Shown: positions 10,399-22,418, numbered from the stretch's first letter. The stretch is 64,000 nt of DNA from Candidatus Uhrbacteria bacterium RIFCSPLOWO2_01_FULL_47_17 (GCA_001791305.1 MGEI01000005.1:44488-108487); one strand, 5' to 3'. Notes: generated from the letters alone by a model not told the origin. Made by a program: numbers and translations.

Positions 10399-11328
10399 TT
10401 ATATTCGTTTACGAAACCATTCGACGGTCTTCGCGAGTCCGTCATCAAACTTGGTCTTAGGTTCCCAGTCGAGAGCAGTGCGCGCCTTGCGCGCGTCGAG
10501 AACACTTCGCATCACTTCGCCCTTCGCGGGTTTGCCGTGTTGTTCTGGTAATTTGTACCCAATCAATTTCGCGAGTTTCTTGAATACCGTATTAATATCT
10601 GTTTCTCGACCTGTGCCGATATTAAACTCACCAACCACATTCTTTTGCGCCGCGAGCAAGTTCGCGCGAACAATATCACCCACATAAACGAAATCACGTG
10701 TTTGTTTTCCCGTTCCGTTGATCACAACCGATTTGCCTGCAAGCATTGCTGTTGCGAACATCGAGATCACACCCGCTTCGCCTTTTGCGTTTTGTCGTGG
10801 ACCAAAGACATTTGCATAACGAAGGGCGACGTAAGGCACGCCGTGAAGTTGGTGCATGAACGCAAGATACATTTCGGACGCACGCTTAGAGATTCCATAA
10901 GGCGAAATCGGCTGTGCGGGAATCGTTTCAGCATACGGCATTTTTGCTGTTTCTGGATACATCACTCCCCCGCTCGAGGAAAACACAATCTTCTTCACGC
11001 CGATTTCTTTCGCCACACTCAAAATGGCGAGAAGGCCCATGATGTTTGTCTTTGCATCCTCAACCGGATTCTCTACAGACTTGCGGACGTTAATCTGCGC
11101 CGCCAAATGAAAAATCACATCCGGCTTCACTTTTTTGAGATAGTCAACAAACGCGGGCGCGTTCACAGAAAGTTTCGTGAAACTCGCATTCGGATTCACG
11201 TTCGACTTCTGTCCGCTCGACAAATCATCGACAACATAAACTTTGATGCGCCGTGAAACGAGCGCATCCACAATGTGCGAGCCGATAAAGCCGGCGCCAC
11301 CGGTGACGAGAGCGGATTTGAATTTCAT
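10399..11328 (-). CDS. NAD-dependent epimerase/dehydratase (UDP-glucose 4-epimerase-like)
   Basis: TGGAGFIGSH, YGISK (YxxxK), RYANVFGPRQ and RDFVYVGD motifs. Confidence 0.93.
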   Translation of the reverse strand: MKFKSALVTGGAGFIGSHIVDALVSRRIKVYVVDDLSSGQKSNVNPNASFTKLSVNAPAFVDYLKKVKPDVIFHLAAQINVRKSVENPVEDAKTNIMGLLAILSVAKEIGVKKIVFSSSGGVMYPETAKMPYAETIPAQPISPYGISKRASEMYLAFMHQLHGVPYVALRYANVFGPRQNAKGEAGVISMFATAMLAGKSVVINGTGKQTRDFVYVGDIVRANLLAAQKNVVGEFNIGTGRETDINTVFKKLAKLIGYKLPEQHGKPAKGEVMRSVLDARKARTALDWEPKTKFDDGLAKTVEWFRKRI

Positions 11329-11334
11329 ATACTG

Positions 11335-11430
11335 TGTCATTCCGACCGAGGAGTCATCGACGAGTGGAGGAATCTTGCGCTTTTTAAACGTGGGATCCCT
11401 CGGCTGCGCTTCGCTCCGCTCGGGATGACA
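11335..11430. repeat. CGTC-family/RPE-like palindromic element
   Basis: Ends TGTCATTCCGA...TCGGGATGACA, with internal GGAATCT/GGATCCC arms and GCTTCGCTCCGCTC. Confidence 0.7.
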
Positions 11431-11435
11431 GAAAA

Positions 11436-12564
11436 TTATTCTTTATTTTCCTTTGCGAATCTGTCTGACTTCCCAAGCTCTCTTCGAAGATACGCTTCCA
11501 TAAACGGCTCAAGTGCGCCTTCGAGGACTCCTTCTGCATCCGTCGTCTCGTAATCGGTTCGGTGATCCTTCACGAGTTTATACGGATGAAGCACGTAACT
11601 GCGAATTTGATTTCCCCATTCGGCGGATTGATAATCGCCACGTAATTCCAGCTTTTGTTTTTTTTGTTCTTCGAGTTTGAGTTGATACAATTTTGCGCGC
11701 AGAATCTTCATGGCGGTTTCTTTGTTTTGCAATTGCGAACGTTCGTTTTGACACGCAACCGCAATTTTGGTCGGAAGATGGACGATGCGCACCGCCGAAT
11801 ACGTTGTGTTCACGCTTTGCCCTCCTTTTCCTCCCGAGAGATACGTGTCGATACGCAAATCTTTTGGATCGATTTCGAGATCTTCGATCTCATCGAGTTC
11901 TGGAATCACCTCGACAAGCGCGAATGTTGTGTGACGCATCTTCTCTGCGTCGAAAGGAGAGATGCGGACGAGACGATGAACACCCGCTTCGGACTTGAGA
12001 TATCCGTACGCATATCGACCCGTCACGCGAACCATCACACTTTTGATACCGACATCCTCGGCTCGAGACTCGTCGAGAATCGTCATCTCGAATCCTTTTT
12101 GTTCCGCAAAACGCGCATACATACGAAGAAGCATTTGCGTCCAATCTTGTGCCTCTGTTCCTCCGCTTCCTGCGTGGATCGCAAGAATCGCGGTTGTGTC
12201 GTCATGCTCGCCCGAGAAGAGGGTAGTGAATTCCATTTTTGAGAAGCGCGCTTCGAGCGCTTCGAGCTTAGAAGCAATCTCATCATGCATCGAAGTGTCA
12301 TTATTCTCATCACCAAACTTTGCGAGTTCGAGAAGCTCATCGACCTCAGCAATGAACAATTCCCAAATTGAAAGTTCACTTCGAAGATCCGCGGCGTGTT
12401 TGCTCACAGTCTTTGCGTTTTGTGTGTCATTCCAAAAATCCGGAGCGGCCATTTGCGCTTCAAGCGCGGCCACCGTTGTTTTTACGGTATCAAGGTCAAA
12501 GTAACCCCCACGTTCGAAGAGCTCGATCGCGGAGGGCTTGGATTAATTTCAGCAACTCTTTCAT
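11436..12564 (-). CDS. prfB: Peptide chain release factor 2, expressed through a programmed +1 frameshift
   Basis: SPF and GGQ motifs. The upstream ORF MKELLKLIQALRDRALRTWGLL ends at CTT TGA C, and the +1 frame continues DLDTVKTTVAALEAQM. Confidence 0.96.
12495..12510 (-). other. RF2 +1 frameshift site (SD-like GGGGG, spacer, CTTTGAC)
   Basis: Minus strand reads TGGGGG TTA CTT TGA C. Confidence 0.93.
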
Positions 12565-12600
12565 AGTGCGGTTATCATAGCAAAATACAATGGAAAAACA

Positions 12601-12626
12601 AAAGACAGGGCTTAACCCCTGTCTTT
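12601..12626 (-). terminator. Intrinsic terminator after groEL
   Basis: AAAGACAGGG-loop-CCCTGTCTTT hairpin with T-rich tails. Confidence 0.65.
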
Positions 12627-12633
12627 CTGTCTT

Positions 12634-14545
<1,912 letters not shown>

Positions 14546-14573
14546 AGAAAGGATAATTAAGAACCGAGGAATC

Positions 14574-14600
14574 TTAGCACTCTATTCACGTAAGTGCTAG
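14574..14600. promoter_or_regulatory. CIRCE operator (HrcA site)
   Basis: TTAGCACTC-N9-AAGTGCTAG, two mismatches to the CIRCE consensus, upstream of groES. Confidence 0.88.
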
Positions 14601-14607
14601 CGGGGAT

Positions 14608-14635
14608 ATTTTATCGAAGAAAATAAAGGTGTCAA
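14608..14635 (-). promoter_or_regulatory. sigma70 promoter of groESL
   Basis: TTGACA-N16-TAAAAT on the minus strand, just upstream of CIRCE. Confidence 0.7.
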
Positions 14636-14666
14636 GAATCAAAAAACCCACGCAGAATGCGCGGGT

Positions 14667-15488
14667 TTAGGACTGTTTGGTTTCAAGGTGCAATGCGGTT
14701 ACAAGCTGATCGAACTTCTCTTTGTTCATCTTTTTTGGAAGCTTTACGCGTGCTTTGTTGAACCAACATACCATTCGTGAACGCATTCGATTACTTTTCA
14801 CCAAATCCTTAAACCATCCAACTTCGAAGGAAAGATTACCGTTATCCGGATCTCCATCTTCTCCGACCCCGAGGAAGTCAAGAACGCTTACAAGAAAATC
14901 GCTCATGCGATCGTCGTCTGGCCTTTTTGCACGCGGGCGTTTGGCCATGGCAAGAAATGCGGAGACTTCGAAACGGTATTGTTCATGCTTATTCGTGCCA
15001 CTCTCAACAAATTTCATCCATACGGAGACATCACCGAGTTCAAAATGCCAAAGTGCAGACTCTGCAGTTTCGCGTAAACTTTGTGGCTGAGTAATATAGT
15101 AAGGCCACGTTTTGTGTTCGTGAAGTTCCTCGATCAATTCAATGAGTATCTGTTCAAACCAAGAAAGATCTTCGTTTGAGAAATCAAGGATTCGATGTGA
15201 CCCTCGCATATACTCGATCAGAGCAAGCATACTAAACGGATCCGCACCGCCACGATCAGAAGTGATACTCAATTTTCCTTTTGCACGTTCTTCTCTCAAA
15301 AGATCAATGGTTGCCGCCGCAGACAACTGACGAATCGGCTTCTTACGCTCTTTGCGAATCATTTCGGACTTCGCATTAAGAGCCATGGATGATCGATCAT
15401 GATTCCATGTGTACAGATCGCATTTGATCCAAATCTTGAAGGCTTCAAGCGTTTGCTCGGACGGAAGCGCAAGAGAGTCAAGAGACAT
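14667..15488 (-). CDS. Hypothetical protein
   Basis: 273-aa ORF with an AGGAG RBS upstream; no family recognised. Confidence 0.7.
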   Translation of the reverse strand: MSLDSLALPSEQTLEAFKIWIKCDLYTWNHDRSSMALNAKSEMIRKERKKPIRQLSAAATIDLLREERAKGKLSITSDRGGADPFSMLALIEYMRGSHRILDFSNEDLSWFEQILIELIEELHEHKTWPYYITQPQSLRETAESALWHFELGDVSVWMKFVESGTNKHEQYRFEVSAFLAMAKRPRAKRPDDDRMSDFLVSVLDFLGVGEDGDPDNGNLSFEVGWFKDLVKSNRMRSRMVCWFNKARVKLPKKMNKEKFDQLVTALHLETKQS

Positions 15489-15645
15489 GAGGAACTCCTT
15501 GTATCACGTGAGAAGCGTGATGAAGTAAACTATCAGATAATTGGAAAAAGTCAACTATTAAATCAAAAAAACGTCCTTTTGGGACGGATTGAGTCATTTA
15601 TTTCTCTTATTCTGGAAACTACCATTGATATTCCGTCTAAAGCGT

Positions 15646-16596
15646 TTATTTCAATGCTTGTTGTTTAGGAACGCGAAGACAGGAATATTGAAGTAGCTTG
15701 TCGCTCATATTGTTCAATCGCCAACGCGAATGCGGAACGAGCAAAACCGGATCGCCTTTTGCGAGACAGATTGGATCGAGCGATGAATCGCTCAAAACTA
15801 GCTCCCCTTCCCCGTCCGTTACGTACAATGAGACGAAATCATTCTCACATTCGATGGAGCGACTTTGTTGCGGCTCGATCGAAACGCGCGAAGCGACGAA
15901 TTCGTTTGACTGATGAAGCACAACCTCGCTATCGATCGAAAGCGTTACGTTCGGAAACATGAGTTGACTCAACGCGTTCTCAACGAACCTTTTTGTAAAC
16001 TCTGCCGGAATCGCTTTGCCTTTGTTTTGATCAAACAATCGTTGCACCATGTCCGTTGACACGTTTGCGTATTCCTCGAGAATGCATCCGATCGCTGTAT
16101 GAACAATGCCGGTTCGATCAATTTTTACAACATCGCCAAGTTGCGGATATTTTTTAAATGCATCGTAATCCTGCGATGCACTCCCCGCAAACCATTCCGC
16201 GAATTTCTGTTCATCAAAGACCTGATTCCATTCATCCGCTGTGCAAATAAAGACGTATCCGCCCGAAAGAACCGAAAGAACATAAAACAATTCAACCTTA
16301 AACTCAAGATGATTTTGAAAACTAAACCCTTCGCCTTCGTTAAGCAAAAAGATTGAATAGCCAAGTGGTGTACAGCATTTCACTCCGTAGGATTTGTACT
16401 TGCGGAGCAACCCCATGTCTTTTTGAATGCGAGCAATCTCGATCGCGATCGCAGGATCGTTTGGAAACGCGTCGATCAACTGACAAACAAGAGACTTGAA
16501 TTGTGCTTCAAGTTCTTCGAGTTGTGCAATCGGCATATCATCTCGCATGAGAACTGATACACGTTTCAATTCTGCGATGAGCAAAGCTGAGTCCAT
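15646..16596 (-). CDS. Cupin-fold protein (probable bicupin)
   Basis: GEGFSFQNH...KVELFYV...GIVHTA, plus a second cupin-like C-terminal region (SLYVTDGEGEL...GDPVLLVP). Confidence 0.6.
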   Translation of the reverse strand: MDSALLIAELKRVSVLMRDDMPIAQLEELEAQFKSLVCQLIDAFPNDPAIAIEIARIQKDMGLLRKYKSYGVKCCTPLGYSIFLLNEGEGFSFQNHLEFKVELFYVLSVLSGGYVFICTADEWNQVFDEQKFAEWFAGSASQDYDAFKKYPQLGDVVKIDRTGIVHTAIGCILEEYANVSTDMVQRLFDQNKGKAIPAEFTKRFVENALSQLMFPNVTLSIDSEVVLHQSNEFVASRVSIEPQQSRSIECENDFVSLYVTDGEGELVLSDSSLDPICLAKGDPVLLVPHSRWRLNNMSDKLLQYSCLRVPKQQALK

Positions 16597-16636
16597 AATC
16601 ACCTAATTTTATCGAATGTATTTCGACCCGAAAATA

Positions 16637-17935
16637 CTACTGTTTTAAATGAAATGGGTCAACCGTTGCGAATCGTAACGAGAGAGCAAACACCATCACC
16701 ACAAGCGCAATCCCTGGCCACATCGAGAATGCGTAATGATCAAATGCAGCGAGAATAAGGAGTTCAAGCGCGAGGGTGATTGCAAAAATTCCGCCCGTTG
16801 TTTTTCGCTTCTCCCAAACCGATCGTCCTAACTCATACAAAAAATATCCAAACGCGATGATGCCGATGATGCCGAGTTCGGCGAGCAGCAAAAGAAATGC
16901 ATTATGAATCGGCTGATAGCTCCAAGATGGTTGGCCTTGCGAAATGTGCTCGAGGGCGAAAACGTAAGCGCCAGGACCGACACCGACGATGGGACTAATC
17001 TTAAAAACATCGCCGAACGTTTGATATTGCGATGCGCGTTCTTCGATGGAAACTGCTTCGACGTGAAGCGCGGGATTAAATCTCGCGAGTATGTGCGAGT
17101 GCAGCATGCTGATTGCAAGCAGAATCGTGATAAGCCCGATCGACAAAAGCGGGATTGCACGGTGAGGTGTGAGACGTTTGTGCCAGAACGCTTGTCCAAG
17201 ACAAACCACGAGTCCGATCGTAAGCGCAAGCCAGGCGCCGCGCGAGAACGTCAGGATCAGCGTCGAGGTAAACAACGCGATCATCAAAACCTGTACCCAC
17301 CCCTGCCAACTCTTCAAACTTTTCAGACCTATTCGACCTTTCCAACCTTTCAGAACGATTGCGAGCGCGAGGTACCCGCCGAAAATGTTTGGATGCGGAA
17401 ATGAGCCATACGCTCGAAGAGATCGAAATGTATCTGTCGCAACCACGGCAACTCCCCCCGTTTCGACATGTTTCTGAGCGAGGCCGAGAATGGTGAGCGC
17501 GGGACTGAAACCGGTGAGGTATTGAATCCAACCGAGAATACAGGGCAAAACAAGTCCAGCGAGAAATGTGTGGATGACGTGCGGAATGTTTGTGCGGTCG
17601 TCGAGAATCAAGAGGAAAAGCATTCCCCCGGCAACGAGGTGACTGAGCCAACCAAGGCTGATCGAGAAAACTCGAGAATATGTAAGGGAAAGAAAACAAG
17701 CCGCAAAGAAAATAAAGAGGGCTCGTACAACATTTTTAAACGCGAGATTCGCAAGAGGTCTGCCTCGAAGAAAAAAAGCAGTGGCAATAAAAATCTCGAC
17801 GACATAGACGCCAAGGTTGCCGTAAACCGTCGGTCCCTCGGGCAAAGAAAACATTCGATACAATAAAATCGCTTGCCACGGAAGCAAGAAGAGGGCGGCC
17901 GTTAAAAATCCGTTCGCGATTTTTTGTCGGTTCAT
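16637..17935 (-). CDS. O-antigen ligase family protein
   Basis: Multi-TM; RAYGSFPHPN, TFSRGAW and PIHNAFLL motifs. Confidence 0.9.
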   Translation of the reverse strand: MNRQKIANGFLTAALFLLPWQAILLYRMFSLPEGPTVYGNLGVYVVEIFIATAFFLRGRPLANLAFKNVVRALFIFFAACFLSLTYSRVFSISLGWLSHLVAGGMLFLLILDDRTNIPHVIHTFLAGLVLPCILGWIQYLTGFSPALTILGLAQKHVETGGVAVVATDTFRSLRAYGSFPHPNIFGGYLALAIVLKGWKGRIGLKSLKSWQGWVQVLMIALFTSTLILTFSRGAWLALTIGLVVCLGQAFWHKRLTPHRAIPLLSIGLITILLAISMLHSHILARFNPALHVEAVSIEERASQYQTFGDVFKISPIVGVGPGAYVFALEHISQGQPSWSYQPIHNAFLLLLAELGIIGIIAFGYFLYELGRSVWEKRKTTGGIFAITLALELLILAAFDHYAFSMWPGIALVVMVFALSLRFATVDPFHLKQ

Positions 17936-17936
17936 A

Positions 17937-18878
17937 TCAGGCAATCATTTTTTGAATCAATTCTTGATACGTCTTTTCAAACTCCGCACGACGATCCGTC
18001 ACATGAAATTTTAACAACTGATCATTTATCACAACACGCGAGTCTTTATTTTCCAACTGGCGAATGGCAAGCGGAAACCGTTTGCGTTGGATGGAGCGGT
18101 AGAGGGGCTCGAGGGGAGGCAATGTCGGAACGGGCGCCTTGCCTGCCGGCAGGCAGGAAGAGGATTGGTGAAGTGGGTGTACGTATCTTGAAGAAACATT
18201 TGGAAGCGCGTGGTTAGCCCAAGGATTCGCATGTGTGAGCACACGAAATTCCTCGCCACGGTCATACAATGGAACAAGTGATTTCAGCCAGAACGTAAAT
18301 TCGTGATCCCCTTCTGGAAAGCGAAGATGCTCGAGGGCAAGCGCATCATGCGACACAAAAAAACTAAAACAGAATGGATCTTGTTTTGATGCACCTGGTC
18401 TAACGCCAAACAAAATAAACGGCAGGACCATCCAAAAACGCGTGGACCAAATGCTTCCGGGTTTTGTAATGACAAATAAATCAATATCACTTTGTTCATT
18501 TGTGTTCCACCACGCAATCGAATTTACCGCTCCGACCGCATAGACACTCGAAAACAATCGAAAATACTTCATGGCACGGCGCAATTTGTAAAATTTCTTT
18601 ACCGCATTCATGTAATTTTTCGATCTGGTTTCTCTGAGGCCCTCAAAACTCATCAGAGGCTTTGCAGCTCCACCAATCACATAAAATCCACCCTGTTCAA
18701 TCATCCTCGACCTCACCCACTCACTCGAGTTGATGACCCGATACACTTCGGACAAATCATACGCACGCGCGGGATCAATCAACCACTTCCAAATCTCAAA
18801 CCCTGTTACGGGACGCGCAGAAATAGAAAACCAACAAAGAGTACGGATAATGGATTGTTCGAGATCGGTGGAGGGCAT
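17937..18878 (-). CDS. Nucleotidyltransferase-fold hypothetical protein
   Basis: NSIA...SDIDLFVIT motif; C-terminal LKFHVTDRR. Confidence 0.7.
   Translation of the reverse strand: MPSTDLEQSIIRTLCWFSISARPVTGFEIWKWLIDPARAYDLSEVYRVINSSEWVRSRMIEQGGFYVIGGAAKPLMSFEGLRETRSKNYMNAVKKFYKLRRAMKYFRLFSSVYAVGAVNSIAWWNTNEQSDIDLFVITKPGSIWSTRFWMVLPFILFGVRPGASKQDPFCFSFFVSHDALALEHLRFPEGDHEFTFWLKSLVPLYDRGEEFRVLTHANPWANHALPNVSSRYVHPLHQSSSCLPAGKAPVPTLPPLEPLYRSIQRKRFPLAIRQLENKDSRVVINDQLLKFHVTDRRAEFEKTYQELIQKMIA
18138..18157. repeat. Short palindrome in frame within a CDS
   Basis: CTTGCCTGCC|GGCAGGCAGG with a 16-bp perfect core, encoding SCLPAGK. Confidence 0.6.
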
Positions 18879-19007
18879 AGGGGAAGGGCGGAAAAGGCGG
18901 AGAGAGCGATAAAGACAGGGCACAATGGAACTATGGTAACACAAAAGCAGGATTTAAATCCTGCTTTGTTTGTTTATTTCTTTCGCCTTTGCCGCCCTTT
19001 CCGCCTT

Positions 19008-19745
19008 TTATTTCCCCTTTCCACTCTTCCCATCCAACCCCTTAAACACCCACCATTGCTGTGCAATCGAGAACACGGTCACGACGACCCAGTACAGAGT
19101 GAGTCCACCCGGAAGCTTCATTCCAATGACAATGGTCATGATTGGCATCATGTACATCATGGACTTGTTCATGCTTGCGAGCATGGATTCGTCTTTTGCT
19201 CCTTCAGTTTTTGCCACCTGTTTTGGCGGTTGGCGCTGCATAAGCATGCGCGTTTGGAAAAACTGGAGGACACCGGCAAGGACCGCGAGCCACAGATTGT
19301 TTTTTTCAAGATCAATGAGTCCAAGAAAAATCGTGTTGATGTGTCCTGGATTTTGAATCCATGTATAAAGTTGATTGAGAGCCGTTGCGTCAAATCCATG
19401 AAACAAGACTTGATACAATGCAATCAAGACAGGAAGTTGAACGATGATTGGGAGACAAGATGCAAGTGGATTCACTTTTTCATCTTGATACAACTGCATC
19501 ATGGCTTTTGAGAGTGCTTCTTTGTTGTCACCATGTTCTTTTTTGAGCACGTCGAGCTTTGGCTGCAACTCTTGCATGGCCTTTTGCGATTTCAAACTGG
19601 AACTCATGAGCGGCCAAAGCGCGAACTTAATGAGAATGGTAAGCGCAATGATAGCAAACCCAACATCAGCTCCTGGAATCACGTTGTACAAAAATACAAG
19701 AAGATTGAAGATTGGCTGCAAAAGGAACGTGTAGAAGATGTTCAT
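19008..19745 (-). CDS. yidC: YidC/Oxa1 membrane protein insertase
   Basis: LQPKLDVLKKEH...NPLASCLPIIVQLP and GLTLYW motifs. Confidence 0.93.
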   Translation of the reverse strand: MNIFYTFLLQPIFNLLVFLYNVIPGADVGFAIIALTILIKFALWPLMSSSLKSQKAMQELQPKLDVLKKEHGDNKEALSKAMMQLYQDEKVNPLASCLPIIVQLPVLIALYQVLFHGFDATALNQLYTWIQNPGHINTIFLGLIDLEKNNLWLAVLAGVLQFFQTRMLMQRQPPKQVAKTEGAKDESMLASMNKSMMYMMPIMTIVIGMKLPGGLTLYWVVVTVFSIAQQWWVFKGLDGKSGKGK

Positions 19746-19748
19746 ACA

Positions 19749-21068
19749 TTATTCTTGTGTTACCTCTGGGGCTTTTTCAACTTCTGGTGTTTCTGATTTC
19801 TCTTCAGCTTTTTCCTCTGCTTGGACAGGTACAAGATCAGCCCCTACCGCTGCGTCTACGACCGGTTCTGCGGATTCCACGACTTCATCTTTATCTTTTT
19901 CCACGATGTTAATTTTCCATCCGGTTAATTTTGCGGCAAGACGCACGTTCTGTCCGCCTTTTCCGATTGCAAGTGAGAGTTGATCGGTCGCAACGCTTAC
20001 GGATGCAACTTTGGCTTCTTCATTTACATCCACGTGGAAAATTTTTGCGGGTGACAACGCGTTTGTAATAAACGCAACAGGATCTTTGTTCCATTCAATA
20101 ATATCCACTTTTTCTCCACCGAGTTCTGCAATGATGGTCTGAATACGGCTTCCGCGTTGACCAATACATGCTCCGATTGGATCAATCGAATTGTCATCGG
20201 TTCCAACGGCAACCTTCGAGCGTGAACCTGCTTCACGTGCAATGGATTTAATTTCAACCGTCTTTTCCTCGATCTCCGGAATTTCCACTTCAAACAATTT
20301 CTTGACCATTTCATCTGCGGTGCGAGACAACAAAATTTCTGGGCCTTTGGTCGTAAGTCCAACTTGGCGAACATAAACCTTGATTCTGTCACCTGTGTTG
20401 TAACGCTCGTTTGGATTTTGATCTTCTGGGCGCATGATTCCGGTTGTACGACCAAGATCAACAAGGACAACACGACCTTCACGACGCTGAACGGTTCCTT
20501 GCATCATTTCGCCTTCATGTTCTTTGAACTCACTAAACACAACTTCACGCTCTGCCTCTCGAAGTTTCTGCGTAATAACTTGTTTGGCGGTCATTGCGGC
20601 CATGCGTCCAAATTCTCCCGCTTCTGGAAGCGGTGTGCGGAGAACATCTCCCACTTTTGCGCCGAACTTCAAAACACGCGCATCAGAAATCATGATGTCT
20701 GTTTTTGGATTAAAGTTTGGACCGTCGTCATCTTCCAAAACAAATGCCGCAGGTTCATCACGACGATCATCTCGACGCTTGCGACCATCTGCGAATTGCG
20801 CAGCCATCGCTTCCGCTTTCACGCGACGTTCTTCTTCAATCTTTGCAAGAACTTCTGGGTCCACATCTTCTACAACGGTTTTCACATCAAAAACACGCGT
20901 TCCACCGGTTTCTGTATCAAACTCAACATCAATGTTTTGGTTTTTATCTCCAAAATCTTTTCGGTACGCAGCACCGAGCGCTGCTTGAATGGCGTCAATC
21001 ACGGATTCATACGCAAGACCTTTTTCTTCACAAATCTGTCGAATGGCTTGTTCAATAGGAGAGGACAT
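19749..21068 (-). CDS. nusA: Transcription termination/antitermination factor NusA
   Basis: FGRMAAMTAKQVI, S1 and KH domains, AIGKGGQNVRLAAKLTG. Confidence 0.98.
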   Translation of the reverse strand: MSSPIEQAIRQICEEKGLAYESVIDAIQAALGAAYRKDFGDKNQNIDVEFDTETGGTRVFDVKTVVEDVDPEVLAKIEEERRVKAEAMAAQFADGRKRRDDRRDEPAAFVLEDDDGPNFNPKTDIMISDARVLKFGAKVGDVLRTPLPEAGEFGRMAAMTAKQVITQKLREAEREVVFSEFKEHEGEMMQGTVQRREGRVVLVDLGRTTGIMRPEDQNPNERYNTGDRIKVYVRQVGLTTKGPEILLSRTADEMVKKLFEVEIPEIEEKTVEIKSIAREAGSRSKVAVGTDDNSIDPIGACIGQRGSRIQTIIAELGGEKVDIIEWNKDPVAFITNALSPAKIFHVDVNEEAKVASVSVATDQLSLAIGKGGQNVRLAAKLTGWKINIVEKDKDEVVESAEPVVDAAVGADLVPVQAEEKAEEKSETPEVEKAPEVTQE

Positions 21069-21078
21069 AGAAATATGT

Positions 21079-21188
21079 GTAGATACAGATTACAGATCAA
21101 TACAGATGAAGATGATGCAAAACAGATAGTGCAAAAAAGATCTGTCGTCCACTATCCCTATCTGTATTGATCTGTAATCTGTATCTAC
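21079..21188. repeat. 29-bp perfect inverted repeat built from ACAGAT units, in the nusA leader
   Basis: GTAGATACAGATTACAGATCAATACAGAT (21079-21107) and its exact reverse complement (21160-21188). Confidence 0.85.
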
Positions 21189-21260
21189 AGCGTTACTACT
21201 TAACAAAGAAACCCGTCATTCAGACAGGTTTCAGATATAAAAATGATACTGGACTTCGCC

Positions 21261-21620
21261 TTACATGTCAATAGCTTCGATGTGGACAATGTTTGGAGGT
21301 GACACATCAAACTCAATCGCGATAACATCCACACGCCACGGAACATTGTTTTGATGATGATCCAAAAGATACTGATCCGCACATGCCGCAAGATGTCGAC
21401 GTTTGGTTGCGGTTACGGCGTCTTCGGGAAATCCGTACTGATCGTCGTTTCTTGATTTCACCTCAACAAAAACCCATTCATCATTTTGTTTACAGACAAG
21501 ATCAATCTCGCCGTAAACACATCGCCATTGGCGATCAATCACGACATACCCCTTCCCTTCCAAATAGTTCGCCGCAAGATCCTCACCCGCATTCCCGAAT
21601 TGTCTGCGAGGATCCATCAT
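21261..21620 (-). CDS. yraN: YraN family (UPF0102) protein
   Basis: GNAGEDLAANYL...GEIDLV...FVEVKSR. Confidence 0.92.
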   Translation of the reverse strand: MMDPRRQFGNAGEDLAANYLEGKGYVVIDRQWRCVYGEIDLVCKQNDEWVFVEVKSRNDDQYGFPEDAVTATKRRHLAACADQYLLDHHQNNVPWRVDVIAIEFDVSPPNIVHIEAIDM

Positions 21621-21621
21621 A

Positions 21622-22026
21622 TTATTTCTTACGTCCTGGAATATATTTGGATTTTGCGTGCTCTCTTATATTTTTTTCGCGCAAAGCAGGAACTTCTTTC
21701 ATGGCGAATTTCACAAGGAACGCTCCCCATGCCACAAATCCAATCACCCAAAGCGGATACAAAAATCGAGCACCAAATAATTGAATTCCCTCATAGCTAA
21801 AGAAGAAAAGCACGACGCCAATAAAACCCATGGTGAGACTGCATGTAATCACGCGTTTACCAATCAACTTCAGATAACGGTCTGCAGAAGTGTGCATAAG
21901 CACAATCCGACACACAATTCCCACCAAAATAAGGAGGAGAAAAAAACCTAATAACACTTTTCCAGACACGCCGCCCACATTTGCCGCTTGCATCGAAAAC
22001 CAAAAGAGAGGATTGAACATGTTCAT
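21622..22026 (-). CDS. Hypothetical membrane protein
   Basis: Three TM segments; ends KYIPGRKK. Confidence 0.75.
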   Translation of the reverse strand: MNMFNPLFWFSMQAANVGGVSGKVLLGFFLLLILVGIVCRIVLMHTSADRYLKLIGKRVITCSLTMGFIGVVLFFFSYEGIQLFGARFLYPLWVIGFVAWGAFLVKFAMKEVPALREKNIREHAKSKYIPGRKK

Positions 22027-22098
22027 AGTACGCTCAAGAATAGTCGATTGTGATGGGATGCGTCAAGGCACGTCGTTCGCGAACGACGTGCCAAGCGA

Positions 22099-22350
22099 TT
22101 ATGTATTTGTCAGAACCTTTGCGGTGCCCCCCAAAATATCAGACATGACATTTGTGGCAATGAAAATGCCGACGAAGACGACCAAAATTCCGATGATTTT
22201 ATAAAACGTGCGAGAACCACCCGAACCAATATACTTTTCCGCAAACTCATTTTGACCAAACCACTCAAACATTTTTTCAGATTTGGAAACGATAAAGTAA
22301 CCAATAACCATAACAATAAAACCAAGAAAAATACGCAAAAATGGATTCAT
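22099..22350 (-). CDS. Small hypothetical membrane protein
   Basis: Two TM helices flanking FAEKYIGSGGSRTFYK. Confidence 0.75.
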   Translation of the reverse strand: MNPFLRIFLGFIVMVIGYFIVSKSEKMFEWFGQNEFAEKYIGSGGSRTFYKIIGILVVFVGIFIATNVMSDILGGTAKVLTNT

Positions 22351-22418
22351 ATAACGAAAGTGTAACACATCCATTGCAAAAAAAAGAGGATCTGACTATA
22401 CTGACGCACACATGATCT

